A DNA stretch of 64,000 nt, the filler included, from a candidate division TA06 bacterium SM23_40 (GTDB taxonomy: Bacteria > LJUI01 > SM1-40): NCBI GenBank assembly GCA_001303705.1. It is 5 parts of 5 records of this genome, joined end to end, with 100 filler letters (N's around TTAATTAATTAA, not from the genome) between each part and the next. Parts side by side here need not be neighbours in the genome. Positions count along the whole stretch, not along the records: positions 28,652 to 37,851 come from LJUI01000099.1; positions 37,952 to 47,131 come from LJUI01000100.1; 3 more parts are not named here. One strand, given 5' to 3'. A program made the translations under genes and the position numbers. Shown one piece after another: positions 32,249-41,644 of the stretch. The notes under the pieces are model-generated. The model was not told where the DNA came from. It made no database searches and saw nothing but the letters and a program-made list of their open reading frames with translations. The first letter of the stretch is position 1, and every line of letters starts with the position of its first letter.

Positions 32249-32620
32249 GTTCTGTAGGTTGCTCCCTGAGCATAGCCGTGGGACGTACGTAGGTTTTGAA
32301 GGCTATTGGCTGGGGACGTACCTGGGTTTCGAAGGTTATTGAAGTGCGAGCGCCGGGAGTCGCCTGAGCTTCGATGGGAAGTACACCCTCTCAACGGGAG
32401 AGGGGTCGATGACCTTCTGAACCTGGTAGCGTGCCTTGTGGATGTGCTACATCTTCCCGATTGAAGAGAGGTCGATAACCTTCTGAGCCTGCTGACGTCC
32501 CCGTGAGGCGATTGCCACCGTCGAAGAGAGGTCGATAACCTTCTGAGCCCAGGACGTTCCCCTGAGGCGATTGCCACCGTTGAAGAGAGGTCGATAACCT
32601 TCTGAGCCTGCTGACGTCCC
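32233..32620. repeat. Cluster B of the GGGGACGT-N13-AAGGTTA repeat (3 forward and 4 reverse copies; 59-60 bp periodicity over 32462-32620)
   Basis: ccggggacgttggtaggttctgtaggtt at 32233; gaagagaggtcgataaccttctgagcc occurs three times. Confidence 0.85.
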
Positions 32621-32645
32621 TGCAACAGGCGTCTCTGCAACGGGA

Positions 32646-33452
32646 TCAGTCGGCAGGTTCGCCATCTCCCGGGGCCAGGTTGACGGTCATCCAGAGTTCG
32701 AGGCGCTCAGGCCGTCCGCGCCCTTCTGGCGGACCTTGACCGCCCGGCACGCCTCCCCCACGCCTTCTCCCGCCATCACCACCTGGAGGCAAACCTCCTC
32801 TGAACCCCTCTTGTTCCACCATCTCCTCTAACCGAGACGTTTCGAATCCGAGCCCGATCGATGCACCAGGCTCAGCTCCGATGGCATAGGCGTAGTCTTC
32901 GCCGGGGGATAGCGGAACTCGAAGCTCATAGATGAACCGTCCCGCCGACATGGCAGATCCGGCCTTGATGCCCCCCGTCACGGAGAGTAGTCTTCTCACC
33001 TGTTCGCCTTCTTCGGGACCCAGAATCTCCAGTTCGTTCCCCAGGAAATAGGCGAGATCCCTTTCGAGCGCTTCCTGATCCTGTAGAGCCTGCCTGAGCT
33101 TCATGGGGTCATGCATTCCCAAGGGAAAACGTATTCCGAGCGTCTTGGTCTTGCCACCCTCTGGATCAAACCATACCGTGAAGCCGAGGCCTATGATCTG
33201 GGCGAGAACTCGGCGGTCTGTGGTGCCCAGGCAGATATACATGAACGTCTCGTCGTTCTGGAGGCCGATCCCCAGGTCAGCGTCTTCGACATAGACCATC
33301 GTCTCCTGCCATTCGGAGTCGATCCCGTCGATGGCGATCTTGCGGTCGCACCATGTGCTGGTCATTTCAAGATTGCTGCATCCAACGAGTGAGGCGAGAG
33401 AGAGGAGGATAACGCCTGGACTGAAGAAGACTTTGAATCGGTCTGGGTTCAT
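32646..33452 (-). CDS. Hypothetical lipoprotein with Gly-rich C-terminal region
   Basis: Lipobox LVGC; IDGIDSEW...QNDETFMYI...TVWFDPEG...GIRFP...YELRVPL; RBS AAGGAGG. Confidence 0.75.
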   Translation of the reverse strand: MNPDRFKVFFSPGVILLSLASLVGCSNLEMTSTWCDRKIAIDGIDSEWQETMVYVEDADLGIGLQNDETFMYICLGTTDRRVLAQIIGLGFTVWFDPEGGKTKTLGIRFPLGMHDPMKLRQALQDQEALERDLAYFLGNELEILGPEEGEQVRRLLSVTGGIKAGSAMSAGRFIYELRVPLSPGEDYAYAIGAEPGASIGLGFETSRLEEMVEQEGFRGGLPPGGDGGRRRGGGVPGGQGPPEGRGRPERLELWMTVNLAPGDGEPAD

Positions 33453-33627
33453 AGTTTCACCCTCCTTCGATCCGGCCGTGAGCTACGCGAGAAACAGGGC
33501 ACGAGTGGCTCTATCCGGCATATACGAGCCGGGAACCTTTCAGGGCAAGCCGATGGTTCTATAGTTCGGAACCCCGATGGTCAGGAAAACTTGCGTCCCT
33601 CGTGAGGGCCTTTCACTTTGAGAGCGG

Positions 33628-33778
33628 CCGATAACCTGCTGATCCCACTGAACCCTCTCTGAGCGTTCTTCCTCTCCAAGAGGGCGATAACCTTCTGAAC
33701 CTACCAACGTCCCCGAACTCCATAGCTTTAGAGACCTAGGTACGTCCCCGTAACCTTCTGAACCTACCAACGTCCCCG
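33628..33778. repeat. Cluster C of the GGGGACGT-N13-AAGGTTA repeat (reverse copies)
   Basis: ataaccttctgaacctaccaacgtcccc (33687-33714), variant-2 copy 33721-33749, gtaaccttctgaacctaccaacgtccccg (33750-33778). Confidence 0.85.
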
Positions 33779-33790
33779 TGACTTTTTCAC

Positions 33791-33819
33791 TTGACTTTGA
33801 AGAGGGGGGTGGGTATATT
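33791..33819 (+). promoter_or_regulatory. Putative sigma70 promoter for rho
   Basis: TTGACT-N17-TATATT. Confidence 0.6.
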
Positions 33820-34233
33820 GGGAATGACTCAAGCCGGGTGGAGTCTACTTCGGGGGCGTGAGGCTGAGCTTACATCAGATGTATCCATCATCTCTAGAGA
33901 CTCCACACATACCGGGAGACGCCCCAAATCTGAGGAGATCATATCCCAGATCCAAGCCGGGAATGCCCCGGAACTTCTTCCCGCTACGCGCAAAGGCGCA
34001 TCTGAAGTCGTTGGCCGTGTCACCCTATTGCGGTGACAGCCCGGGTCCTCTTGTGAGGCTCGAGGGACTGGGGGTCGAGACGGTTGAGGGAGAGGGGAGG
34101 ACGCCGTAGCTGAGAGCCGACGTTCAGATAGTACCGTTATCTCACATACGTGACTTCCCGTTTCCATTGAAACGGGGAATCTCTCCATGATCACTCGGAC
34201 GCGTTCACAGCGTCTAGCCCAACCGAAAAGCAT

Positions 34234-35565
34234 ATGGCACAGAAAGCAGAAGGGACAGCGTCCTCAGGGAATGCCGGTCCAGAGACGGCGGTTGAGCGCG
34301 CCAGCGGGTCGCCTCTAGACATCGTCTCTCTGAAGACGAAGACGATCTCGGATCTCTACGAAATCGCCCGCGATCTCGGGATACCCGGGCGCACCGGGAT
34401 GCGTAAGCAGGAGCTGATCTTCAGTATCCTCGAGGCCCAGACCCAGAAGAACGGTCTTATCTTCGGGGAAGGGGTACTCGATGTACTCCCGGAAGGGTAC
34501 GGCTTCCTCCGTTCCCCTGATTACAACTATCTGCCTGGCCCCGACGACATCTACGTCTCGCCGTCGCAGATAAAACGCTTTGCGCTCTGCACCGGGGACA
34601 CCGTCTCGGGACAGATCCGGCCCCCCAAGGAGAGCGAACGCTATTTCGCCTTGCTCCGGGTTGAGGCGGTCAATCACGAGAATCCAGAACTGACCAAGGA
34701 ACGGATTCTCTTCGACAACTTGACGCCCTTCTATCCCCGGGAGCGGATCAAGCTCGAGGTGGAGGCCGACGGAGATCTGTCGATGAGGATCGTCGATCTC
34801 CTCGCTCCGATCGGGAAGGGGCAGCGAGGGCTCATCGTCTCGCCGCCCAGGGCGGGGAAGACCGTCCTGCTGCAGAAAATCGCAAACTCGATCACCGCCA
34901 ATCAGCCCGAGGCAGTCCTCATCGTCCTCCTCATCGACGAGCGTCCCGAGGAAGTTACGGACATGGAACGTTCGGTGAAGGGTGAGGTGATAAGTTCGAC
35001 CTTCGACGAGCCGGCCGAACGCCATGTCCAGGTGGCGGATATCGTGTTGGAGAAAGCGAGACGCCTTGTCGAGCACAAGCGGGACGTTGTGATCCTTCTT
35101 GACAGCATTACGCGCCTGGCGCGGGCACACAACGTGGTTGTGCCGCACAGCGGCAAAACGCTGTCCGGTGGTGTCGATTCCAACGCTCTCCACCGTCCGA
35201 AACGATTCTTCGGGGCGGCGCGCAACGTCGAGGAGGGCGGGAGTTTCACCATTATTGCCACCGCCCTCATCGAGACCGGCAGCCGGATGGATGAGGTCAT
35301 TTTCGAGGAGTTCAAGGGCACGGGCAACATGGAACTGGTGTTGGATCGTCGGCTGTCCGACCGGAGGGTCTTTCCCGCGATAGACATCAACAAGTCGGGG
35401 ACGCGCAAGGAAGAGCTGCTCCAGACCGAGGAAGATCTGAATCGGATCTGGATTCTGCGCAAGGTCTTGAGCGAGATGAATCCCACAGAAGCGATGGAGT
35501 TCCTGGTCGATAGAATGAGGGGGACTAAGAACAACAAGCACTTTCTTGAATCAATGAGTGAATAG
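34234..35565 (+). CDS. rho: Transcription termination factor Rho
   Basis: [60 protein letters not shown]. Confidence 0.98.
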   Translation: MAQKAEGTASSGNAGPETAVERASGSPLDIVSLKTKTISDLYEIARDLGIPGRTGMRKQELIFSILEAQTQKNGLIFGEGVLDVLPEGYGFLRSPDYNYLPGPDDIYVSPSQIKRFALCTGDTVSGQIRPPKESERYFALLRVEAVNHENPELTKERILFDNLTPFYPRERIKLEVEADGDLSMRIVDLLAPIGKGQRGLIVSPPRAGKTVLLQKIANSITANQPEAVLIVLLIDERPEEVTDMERSVKGEVISSTFDEPAERHVQVADIVLEKARRLVEHKRDVVILLDSITRLARAHNVVVPHSGKTLSGGVDSNALHRPKRFFGAARNVEEGGSFTIIATALIETGSRMDEVIFEEFKGTGNMELVLDRRLSDRRVFPAIDINKSGTRKEELLQTEEDLNRIWILRKVLSEMNPTEAMEFLVDRMRGTKNNKHFLESMSE

Positions 35566-35671
35566 ACATCGATAGCTCATTCGGATGGAAGCCTTGCGCT
35601 CGGTCAGGCGCACTGCCCGCAGGCCGGGAGGAAAGGCTTCGTGGTATTGCGGAAGGGAGACGCGATAGGAA

Positions 35672-35989
35672 ATGAAGAAAGACATTCACCCGAAGTACAA
35701 GTCGGCGAGGATCACATGCGCCTGCGGTAATGTGATCGAAACGCGGTCTACGGCAGGTGACATGAGCGTGGAGATCTGCTCCAACTGTCACCCCTTCTTC
35801 ACAGGCAAGCAGAAGCTCATTGACACAGCCGGCCGCGTCGAGAAGTTCCGACGTAAGTACGGAATCAAAGAGGAAGAGACAGAGGAAGCCCCGGAGGAAG
35901 CCCCGGAAGAAGCGAAAGAGGGAGCGGAGGAGGCATCTGAAGAGGAGACAGAAGAGGGAGCGGAAGAGGAACGCGAAGAGCTGGAGTAA
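35672..35989 (+). CDS. rpmE: 50S ribosomal protein bL31 (zinc-binding type) with acidic C-terminal extension
   Basis: MKKDIHPKY...CACG...[26 protein letters not shown]. Confidence 0.96.
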   Translation: MKKDIHPKYKSARITCACGNVIETRSTAGDMSVEICSNCHPFFTGKQKLIDTAGRVEKFRRKYGIKEEETEEAPEEAPEEAKEGAEEASEEETEEGAEEEREELE

Positions 35990-36182
35990 CCTGTACTGAC
36001 ATCCCTCCGCCCGTAGCTCACCATCTCTGCTGAATCTCCATCGAGATCGACATTCCCGCCCATCTGGATAGCGTGCGGAATCCTTGCAGTAGTCCTCTTA
36101 TCGTGCCCGACTCGTCGGAGAATAGGAGGCCTGCTGCCGCCCGGACACTCCAGGCAGGCGCTGCTCCCGTGGTGAGGCGTTT

Positions 36183-37490
36183 ATGCCCCAGACGTTCGTG
36201 GAAAAGGTTCTCGCGAGAAAGGCCGGCGTGTCGGAGGTCGAGCCTGGCGACATCGTCAATATCGAGCCCGATCTGTGCATGAGTCACGACAACGCCGGAT
36301 TGGTCATCAAGCAATTTCGTCAGATCGGCGTAGGTCGGGTCTGGGATCCGAGTCGGATCGTGATTCCACTCGACCACCGCGCGCCCGCAGAATCGGAGAA
36401 GACCGCGACTGCCCACAAATCGATCCGAGAGTTCGTACAGGAGCAAGGGATCGAGGCGTTCTATGACATCCGTGAAGGCATCTGCCATCAGGTCGTCGTA
36501 GAGAAGACCCATATCCTGCCCGGACAGGTGGGAGTAGGTACTGACTCCCACACTACCTCGTATGGTGCGGTGGCGGCATTTTCGACCGGGATCGGGGCCA
36601 CCGAGATGGCATGCCTGTGGGCCACAGGGAAGGTCTGGCTGCGGGTGCCCGAGACGATCGCGATCGCTGTCGAGGGAGAGCTTCCCTTTCGTGTCTATGC
36701 CAAGGATATAATCCTTCACATCATCGGCGAGCTCGGGGCCGAGGGGGCAAGCTACCGGGCTGTCGAATTCTATGGCGAGACAGTCGAGGGGATGAGCGTC
36801 TCCGAGCGGTTCACGCTCGCCAATCTCTCCATGGAGATGGGGGCGAAATCAGCGGTCATTCCGTTCGACGAGGTGACGAGGGACTATCTGGCCCAGCGAG
36901 GTGCCTTCGAGCGAGGAACTGGGTCTCATCCGGATGCGGCACGGGGAAGCGGCGAGGTCGCGGCCGAATACGTTGTCATCGTTCCCGATCGCGGAGCCCG
37001 GCACGAGGCCGAATATGAGTTCCGGGTCGACGGGCTCGAGCCGCAGGTAGCCTGCCCTCATGCCGTCGACAATGTCCGTCCTGTGACTGAACTTCTCGAT
37101 CTCGCGATAGATCAGGCGGTCCTCGGCTCCTGCACCAACGGTCGGATCGATGATCTTGAGATCGCCGCCGCCATCCTCGACGGAAAGCGTCTTCATCCTC
37201 GCGTGCGGATGCTCGTCATTCCTGCGTCGCGTGAGACATACCGCACGGCAATGGAGCGGGGCTATCTCGACATCTTTGTCGATACGGGGTGTGTAATCCT
37301 CAATCCCGGCTGCGGACCTTGCCTCGGCGCCCACCAGGGGATACTCGCTCCCGGCGAACGGTGTATCGCCACGACCAACCGCAACTTCCGTGGGCGGATG
37401 GGTAGCCGGGATGCTGAAGTCTATCTGGCCAGCCCGGCCACCGTGGCCGCATCTGCCATCGCCGGCCACGTCGCAGACCCCCGGCGTTGA
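36183..37490 (+). CDS. 3-isopropylmalate dehydratase/homoaconitase family large subunit
   Basis: DHRAP, GICHQV, GTDSHT, GSCTNGRIDDL, PGCGPCLG, TTNRNFRGRMG; substrate cannot be assigned. Confidence 0.9.
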   Translation: MPQTFVEKVLARKAGVSEVEPGDIVNIEPDLCMSHDNAGLVIKQFRQIGVGRVWDPSRIVIPLDHRAPAESEKTATAHKSIREFVQEQGIEAFYDIREGICHQVVVEKTHILPGQVGVGTDSHTTSYGAVAAFSTGIGATEMACLWATGKVWLRVPETIAIAVEGELPFRVYAKDIILHIIGELGAEGASYRAVEFYGETVEGMSVSERFTLANLSMEMGAKSAVIPFDEVTRDYLAQRGAFERGTGSHPDAARGSGEVAAEYVVIVPDRGARHEAEYEFRVDGLEPQVACPHAVDNVRPVTELLDLAIDQAVLGSCTNGRIDDLEIAAAILDGKRLHPRVRMLVIPASRETYRTAMERGYLDIFVDTGCVILNPGCGPCLGAHQGILAPGERCIATTNRNFRGRMGSRDAEVYLASPATVAASAIAGHVADPRR

Positions 37491-37648
37491 ATCCTCCGTT
37501 GCCCGCCGACAAGACTCGCCCGCGGCTGGAGCGCGACGCGTGGTCATGCTTCCCGCATAACCCCGCCTCGTTACTACCGGTCTTCCACTCAGGGTGGCCT
37601 CGGTTCACCGACCCCGTTCCTCTCCACTGATCCCGTTCACGAATCTCG

Positions 37649-37677
37649 TTGACATCCCGGTAACCTTCGAATAGGCT
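37649..37677 (+). promoter_or_regulatory. Putative sigma70 promoter
   Basis: TTGACA-N17-TAGGCT upstream of the helicase fragment. Confidence 0.45.
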
Positions 37678-37797
37678 CACCGTGGCCGAATCGCAGCGAC
37701 GGTGGGCCGAGAGATCGTACATCGTGAGCTCGGGAACGGAGTGGCGGGGCTTCACGTCGACCGAGTCCTGCTCGCACGCGGGAGGACCACATTACCG

Positions 37798-37851
37798 ATG
37801 AGCTTACTCGATAGACTGAACGAGAGGCAGCGGGAGGCCGTAGCCCATCAC
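37798..37851 (+). CDS. UvrD/PcrA-family helicase, N-terminal fragment
   Basis: MSLLDRLNERQREAVAHH (Q motif) after RBS GGAGG; cut by the linker. Confidence 0.7.
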
Positions 37852-37951
37852 NNNNNNNNNNNNNNNNNNNNNNNNNNNNNNNNNNNNNNNNNNNNTTAAT
37901 TAATTAANNNNNNNNNNNNNNNNNNNNNNNNNNNNNNNNNNNNNNNNNNNN
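37852..37951. other. Artificial contig linker
   Basis: N44-TTAATTAATTAA-N44. Confidence 0.97.
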
Positions 37952-37993
37952 GTTCCCCCATGTCCCATACTGCCTTCTCGGGAGTTCCCTGTG

Positions 37994-38407
37994 CTATGTG
38001 CGGTACACCCAGCGTACGAGCCGGTTCCCGCGGAATGGCCGAGCCCGGTACGTGAACCACCCCAGCACCACGCCAACAACGTCTGCTGCCAGATCAAGCC
38101 CCTCGAAGTATCGGCCCGGAACGAATTGCTGATGGAACTCGTCGAGGAGTCCGAAGGCAAGCGCCGCCGCGACAACACCTGCAAGGCTCCTGGCCCGCCC
38201 GCTCCAGTGCATCCCCAAGGACCTGGCGAGGAGGAAGCCGAAGACTGCGTACTCGAATAGGTGTCCGAGTTTGTCGATCAGTGGGAATTCTAGTTGACGG
38301 GGTGTCGGGATGTCAGGAATCGATGAACCAATTACAATGAGGGCCGCCCAGCCAACGACTGGCAGCCACCCGAAGATGATCGGTCTCCATCGCCGGTTTC
38401 CGAGCAT
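37994..38407 (-). CDS. VanZ family membrane protein
   Basis: DKLGHLFEYAVFG...DEFHQQFVPGR...DLAAD. Confidence 0.9.
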   Translation of the reverse strand: MLGNRRWRPIIFGWLPVVGWAALIVIGSSIPDIPTPRQLEFPLIDKLGHLFEYAVFGFLLARSLGMHWSGRARSLAGVVAAALAFGLLDEFHQQFVPGRYFEGLDLAADVVGVVLGWFTYRARPFRGNRLVRWVYRT

Positions 38408-38409
38408 GG

Positions 38410-38874
38410 CTACATATCTGATTCCGAAGCGCGAAATAGCTCGAGTACATCCTGAACCGTCTTCGCTTCGAGGAGCCCCTCCCGAAACGAGTCCCTGTTC
38501 AGCAGACGGGATATCCTCGCAAGCGCTCTCACGTGTGGGGAGATCACATCGGGTGGACTGGCGAGGAAGAAGAAGATACGAACAGGTTCGCCATCGAGCG
38601 CCTGGAAATCGATGTCTCGGTCAGCGATGCCCAGGGAGGCACAGAGCCCCTTCACCCCCTTCGCCTTACCGTGGGGGATGGCCACTCCTTTCCCGATCCC
38701 TGTCGACATCATACTCTCACGTTCCAGGGTCGCCTGGAGCAGGGCATCTCTGTCCTCGACCACTCCAGAAGCGACCGCCAAGTCGATGAGTTCCTCGATG
38801 ATCTCGTTCTTGGCCCTGCCCTCCAGCGGCAGCTTGATGGATTTCTCATTCAAAATTTCCGCGATCATCGACAC
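38410..38874 (-). CDS. PTS EIIA (Ntr/fructose type) domain protein, second paralog
   Basis: RESMMSTGIGKGVAIPHGK, DFQALDGEPV, HVRALARISR. Confidence 0.92.
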   Translation of the reverse strand: MSMIAEILNEKSIKLPLEGRAKNEIIEELIDLAVASGVVEDRDALLQATLERESMMSTGIGKGVAIPHGKAKGVKGLCASLGIADRDIDFQALDGEPVRIFFFLASPPDVISPHVRALARISRLLNRDSFREGLLEAKTVQDVLELFRASESDM

Positions 38875-40108
38875 TTCCCTCCATCTCTCCGCTCTCTATC
38901 GTTTTCGCGCGCGCCGCTGCCAGACTTCTCTTCAACAGAAATGGCGGAATGAGACTCGTCACCATCACCATCATGACAACGGACGAGAAGAGATTGAGAT
39001 CGATCAGACCCTGCCTCAGACCGATACTGGCAATCACGAGGGCGATCTCGGCCCGCGGCATCATCGCCAACCCCACCTGTACGGCACTGAATCCAAACAC
39101 CCTCCCCGCCACACCGCAGCCGATCAGTTTCGAAAGGACCGCCGCCACGAGATAGAGTACGGCGAACAAGCCGACCGAGCCAAACGCCATCGGATCGAAC
39201 GTCATACCTGTCGTGACGAAGAAGAGAGGAATGAATACCGCCGATCCGAGGAGCAACACCTTGCGCGACAGGTCGTGCACTGCCCGCGTCTCGCCGATGA
39301 TCAGCCCGGCGAGGAAGGCGCCCGTAATCATCGCTACCCCGCTCAGGTCGGCGAGAATCGCAAAGACGAGCATGGTGAGGAGCCCGACGGTCAGCATCGG
39401 CTCGGACATCCTCAACAGGGGGGAGCGCTGCTGAAACCGCACTGCACCGGTGGTGAGAGCACGGGCCCGGCTCCGCTCCACAGACCACTGCTCGATCGAC
39501 CTCGCGATCCGTGTACCGAGCGTGAGCGAGAGGACGAGGAACAGCGTCACAATAACAAATGTACCCGCGGTCGGGCCGACCGCCAGCCCCTCTCGACAGC
39601 CGACGAGGATCGAGAGAATCAGGATCCCCAACACGTCATCGATCACCGCGGACCCGATGATGAGCGCCCCGTACCGGTCGCGCAGCAACTCGAGCTCCCG
39701 GATCACCTCGACGCTGATCCCGACGCTCGTAGCCGTGAGCGTGGCGCCGATGAAGAGCGATCCCAGGAGGCCGTAGCCAAACGCCATCCCCAACCCGAGC
39801 CCGAGGCCAAAGGGGACCACCACGCCCGACAGCGCCACCGCGAAGCTCGCAGCCCCGACCTTGAACAACTCCTTAATGTGTATCTCCAAACCTGCCGAGA
39901 AGAGGAGCAGCCAGATCCCGACGACCGCGAACGCGTGGAGGGCCTCGCTGAGCGACCGATGGAGTAGGTGCGAGTAGATACTGCCGAGAACCATGCCGGC
40001 CAGGAGTACTCCCACCGTACCGGCATGTCCTGCTCGCTTCGCCAGCTCCTCGCCGAGTTTGGCAAATGCCAAACAGAGCAGGAGTTCAACGGCGAGTTGA
40101 AGTTCCAT
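38846..40108 (-). CDS. Cation:proton antiporter (CPA2/NapA-like)
   Basis: Many TM helices; LLFSAGLE, ATSVGIS, AVIDDVLG, GAFLAG, PRAE. Confidence 0.92.
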   Translation of the reverse strand: MELQLAVELLLCLAFAKLGEELAKRAGHAGTVGVLLAGMVLGSIYSHLLHRSLSEALHAFAVVGIWLLLFSAGLEIHIKELFKVGAASFAVALSGVVVPFGLGLGLGMAFGYGLLGSLFIGATLTATSVGISVEVIRELELLRDRYGALIIGSAVIDDVLGILILSILVGCREGLAVGPTAGTFVIVTLFLVLSLTLGTRIARSIEQWSVERSRARALTTGAVRFQQRSPLLRMSEPMLTVGLLTMLVFAILADLSGVAMITGAFLAGLIIGETRAVHDLSRKVLLLGSAVFIPLFFVTTGMTFDPMAFGSVGLFAVLYLVAAVLSKLIGCGVAGRVFGFSAVQVGLAMMPRAEIALVIASIGLRQGLIDLNLFSSVVMMVMVTSLIPPFLLKRSLAAARAKTIESGEMEGSVDDRGNFE

Positions 40109-40131
40109 CTATGATCCTGCCCGAAGGCCGG

Positions 40132-40470
40132 TCAACGCTGTGGGACAATCCCCTTCGCTTTGCCCACAGAAACCATGAAGGCGATACCCGTGCCCGGATC
40201 GTCGAAGCTCCCGCAGATCCGTTCGATCTGCTCAATGAGATGATCGAAGATGGAAGCATCCTCGATCACCGAGAAGATAGTCTTGTTGTATGGCCTGCCC
40301 ACATCGATGAGATGCCGCAGGCCAGTAAAGACAGGAATCTCATGTGCGACGATGCGCCCCATCCCGACGGTCTCGATGACGGTGCCGCCCGTGACTCCGT
40401 GTTCGATTAGAATCGTAAGGACCTCGTCCAGATGCTCTTCTCGGCCGAGCACGATCACCAGAAGATGCAT
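40132..40470 (-). CDS. PII-superfamily (GlnB-like fold) protein
   Basis: LDEVLTILIEHGVTGGTVIETVGMG...NKTIFSVI...PGTGIAFMVSV. Confidence 0.7.
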   Translation of the reverse strand: MHLLVIVLGREEHLDEVLTILIEHGVTGGTVIETVGMGRIVAHEIPVFTGLRHLIDVGRPYNKTIFSVIEDASIFDHLIEQIERICGSFDDPGTGIAFMVSVGKAKGIVPQR

Positions 40471-40528
40471 GGGCTACCACCTGTCAAGGGTGCACAAAAA
40501 AAGGTCGCCGTAGGTGGCATACCACGCC

Positions 40529-40557
40529 ACTATAAGGGCGTCACTCGTTGGTGTCAA
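40529..40557 (-). promoter_or_regulatory. Putative sigma70 promoter for the PII-like operon
   Basis: Minus strand TTGACA-N17-TATAGT. Confidence 0.65.
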
Positions 40558-40591
40558 GGGGAAATTGGGAGACACGGGTCCGTATGGGCGC

Positions 40592-41608
40592 CTAGGAATC
40601 ACTTCTCAGGTGATCCCATCCTGCCACGTCGAGCGGCCTCGCCACGCCATCCTCGCCGATCAATCGCACCCCCTCATCCTGAGACGTGACCTCCCCGATG
40701 GCCGTCAGTGTCGTCCCCGACGGCTCCAACGCCCGGCCTGCAGTCCCGAGCATTTCAGGAGGAAGCGTGAGCAAGAGCTCGAAATCCTCGCCTCCGCCCA
40801 GTGCCAGGCTCACGGGATCGACGCCGGCCGCACGCGCGACCCTGCGGGTCCCCTCAAGGATCGGTAGGGCCCCGACATCGAGCCGCGCCCCCACCTTGCT
40901 CTCACGGGCGATGTGGTGAACCTCCGAGGCAAGGCCATCGGAGATATCGATCATCGCCCCCACCTTCACCGCGCCGACGAGAAGGGCCGCCTCTTCCAGC
41001 CGCGGTACTGGCTCGAAATGTTTCTGGCGCGCCGAATGGGCGGTCGCCTCATCGACGGCCAGGGACCTAACGACGACGAGGCGGCCGGCCTCTGATCGCC
41101 CGAGATCCCCGGTCACGGCCAAGATTTCACCGACCGTTGCCCCCGAACGGGGGCAGAGTCGTGTCTTATCGACAGAGCCCGTGGCCGTGAGGCATAGGCC
41201 GAGCCTCGGCGCCCTCACGATGTTCCCTCCCACGATCGTTACTCCGAACCGTCCGGCTGTGGTCATGAGCCCATCATACAGGCCGTCGAGATGCCCGACC
41301 TCGAACGAAGGAGGGAGAAGGAGTGAGACGAGGCATGCCTTCGCTCTCCCTCCCATGGCCGCGATATCACTCAGCGTAGCGGCCATCGCTTTGATCCCGA
41401 CCTGAGTCGGAGTCCAGGTGCTGAGATCGAAATGGATCTGATCGATGAACGCGTCATCGGTGAGGAGGAGATAGTCCGCTCCCCCTTCATCGATGACTGC
41501 GGCGTCATCCCCGATCCCGACGACCACACCCTCCCCGGGCTCTCCCACCCGACTCCTCAGTCGCTCGATGAGGCCCCGCTCACCGATCTCCCGTATCAGG
41601 TCCGACAT
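40592..41608 (-). CDS. thiL: Thiamine-monophosphate kinase
   Basis: GIGDDAAV, SDIAAMGG, MIDISDGL, GGEDFELL, GWDH. Confidence 0.95.
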   Translation of the reverse strand: MSDLIREIGERGLIERLRSRVGEPGEGVVVGIGDDAAVIDEGGADYLLLTDDAFIDQIHFDLSTWTPTQVGIKAMAATLSDIAAMGGRAKACLVSLLLPPSFEVGHLDGLYDGLMTTAGRFGVTIVGGNIVRAPRLGLCLTATGSVDKTRLCPRSGATVGEILAVTGDLGRSEAGRLVVVRSLAVDEATAHSARQKHFEPVPRLEEAALLVGAVKVGAMIDISDGLASEVHHIARESKVGARLDVGALPILEGTRRVARAAGVDPVSLALGGGEDFELLLTLPPEMLGTAGRALEPSGTTLTAIGEVTSQDEGVRLIGEDGVARPLDVAGWDHLRSDS

Positions 41609-41644
41609 ATCTCCCCACCTGTCTCACGTTGAGGGCAGAAGCTC

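Noticed and set aside
32233-32620. CRISPR array interpretation of the ~28-bp repeats (also 50307-50642)
   Set aside because: The intervening sequences are themselves repeated rather than unique spacers, the copies are degenerate and in both orientations, and there are no cas genes.
37651-37671. Possible lone copy of the dispersed repeat (gacatcccggtaaccttcgaa)
   Set aside because: The match is short and coincides with a promoter -35 box and spacer, so it may be chance. It was not counted.
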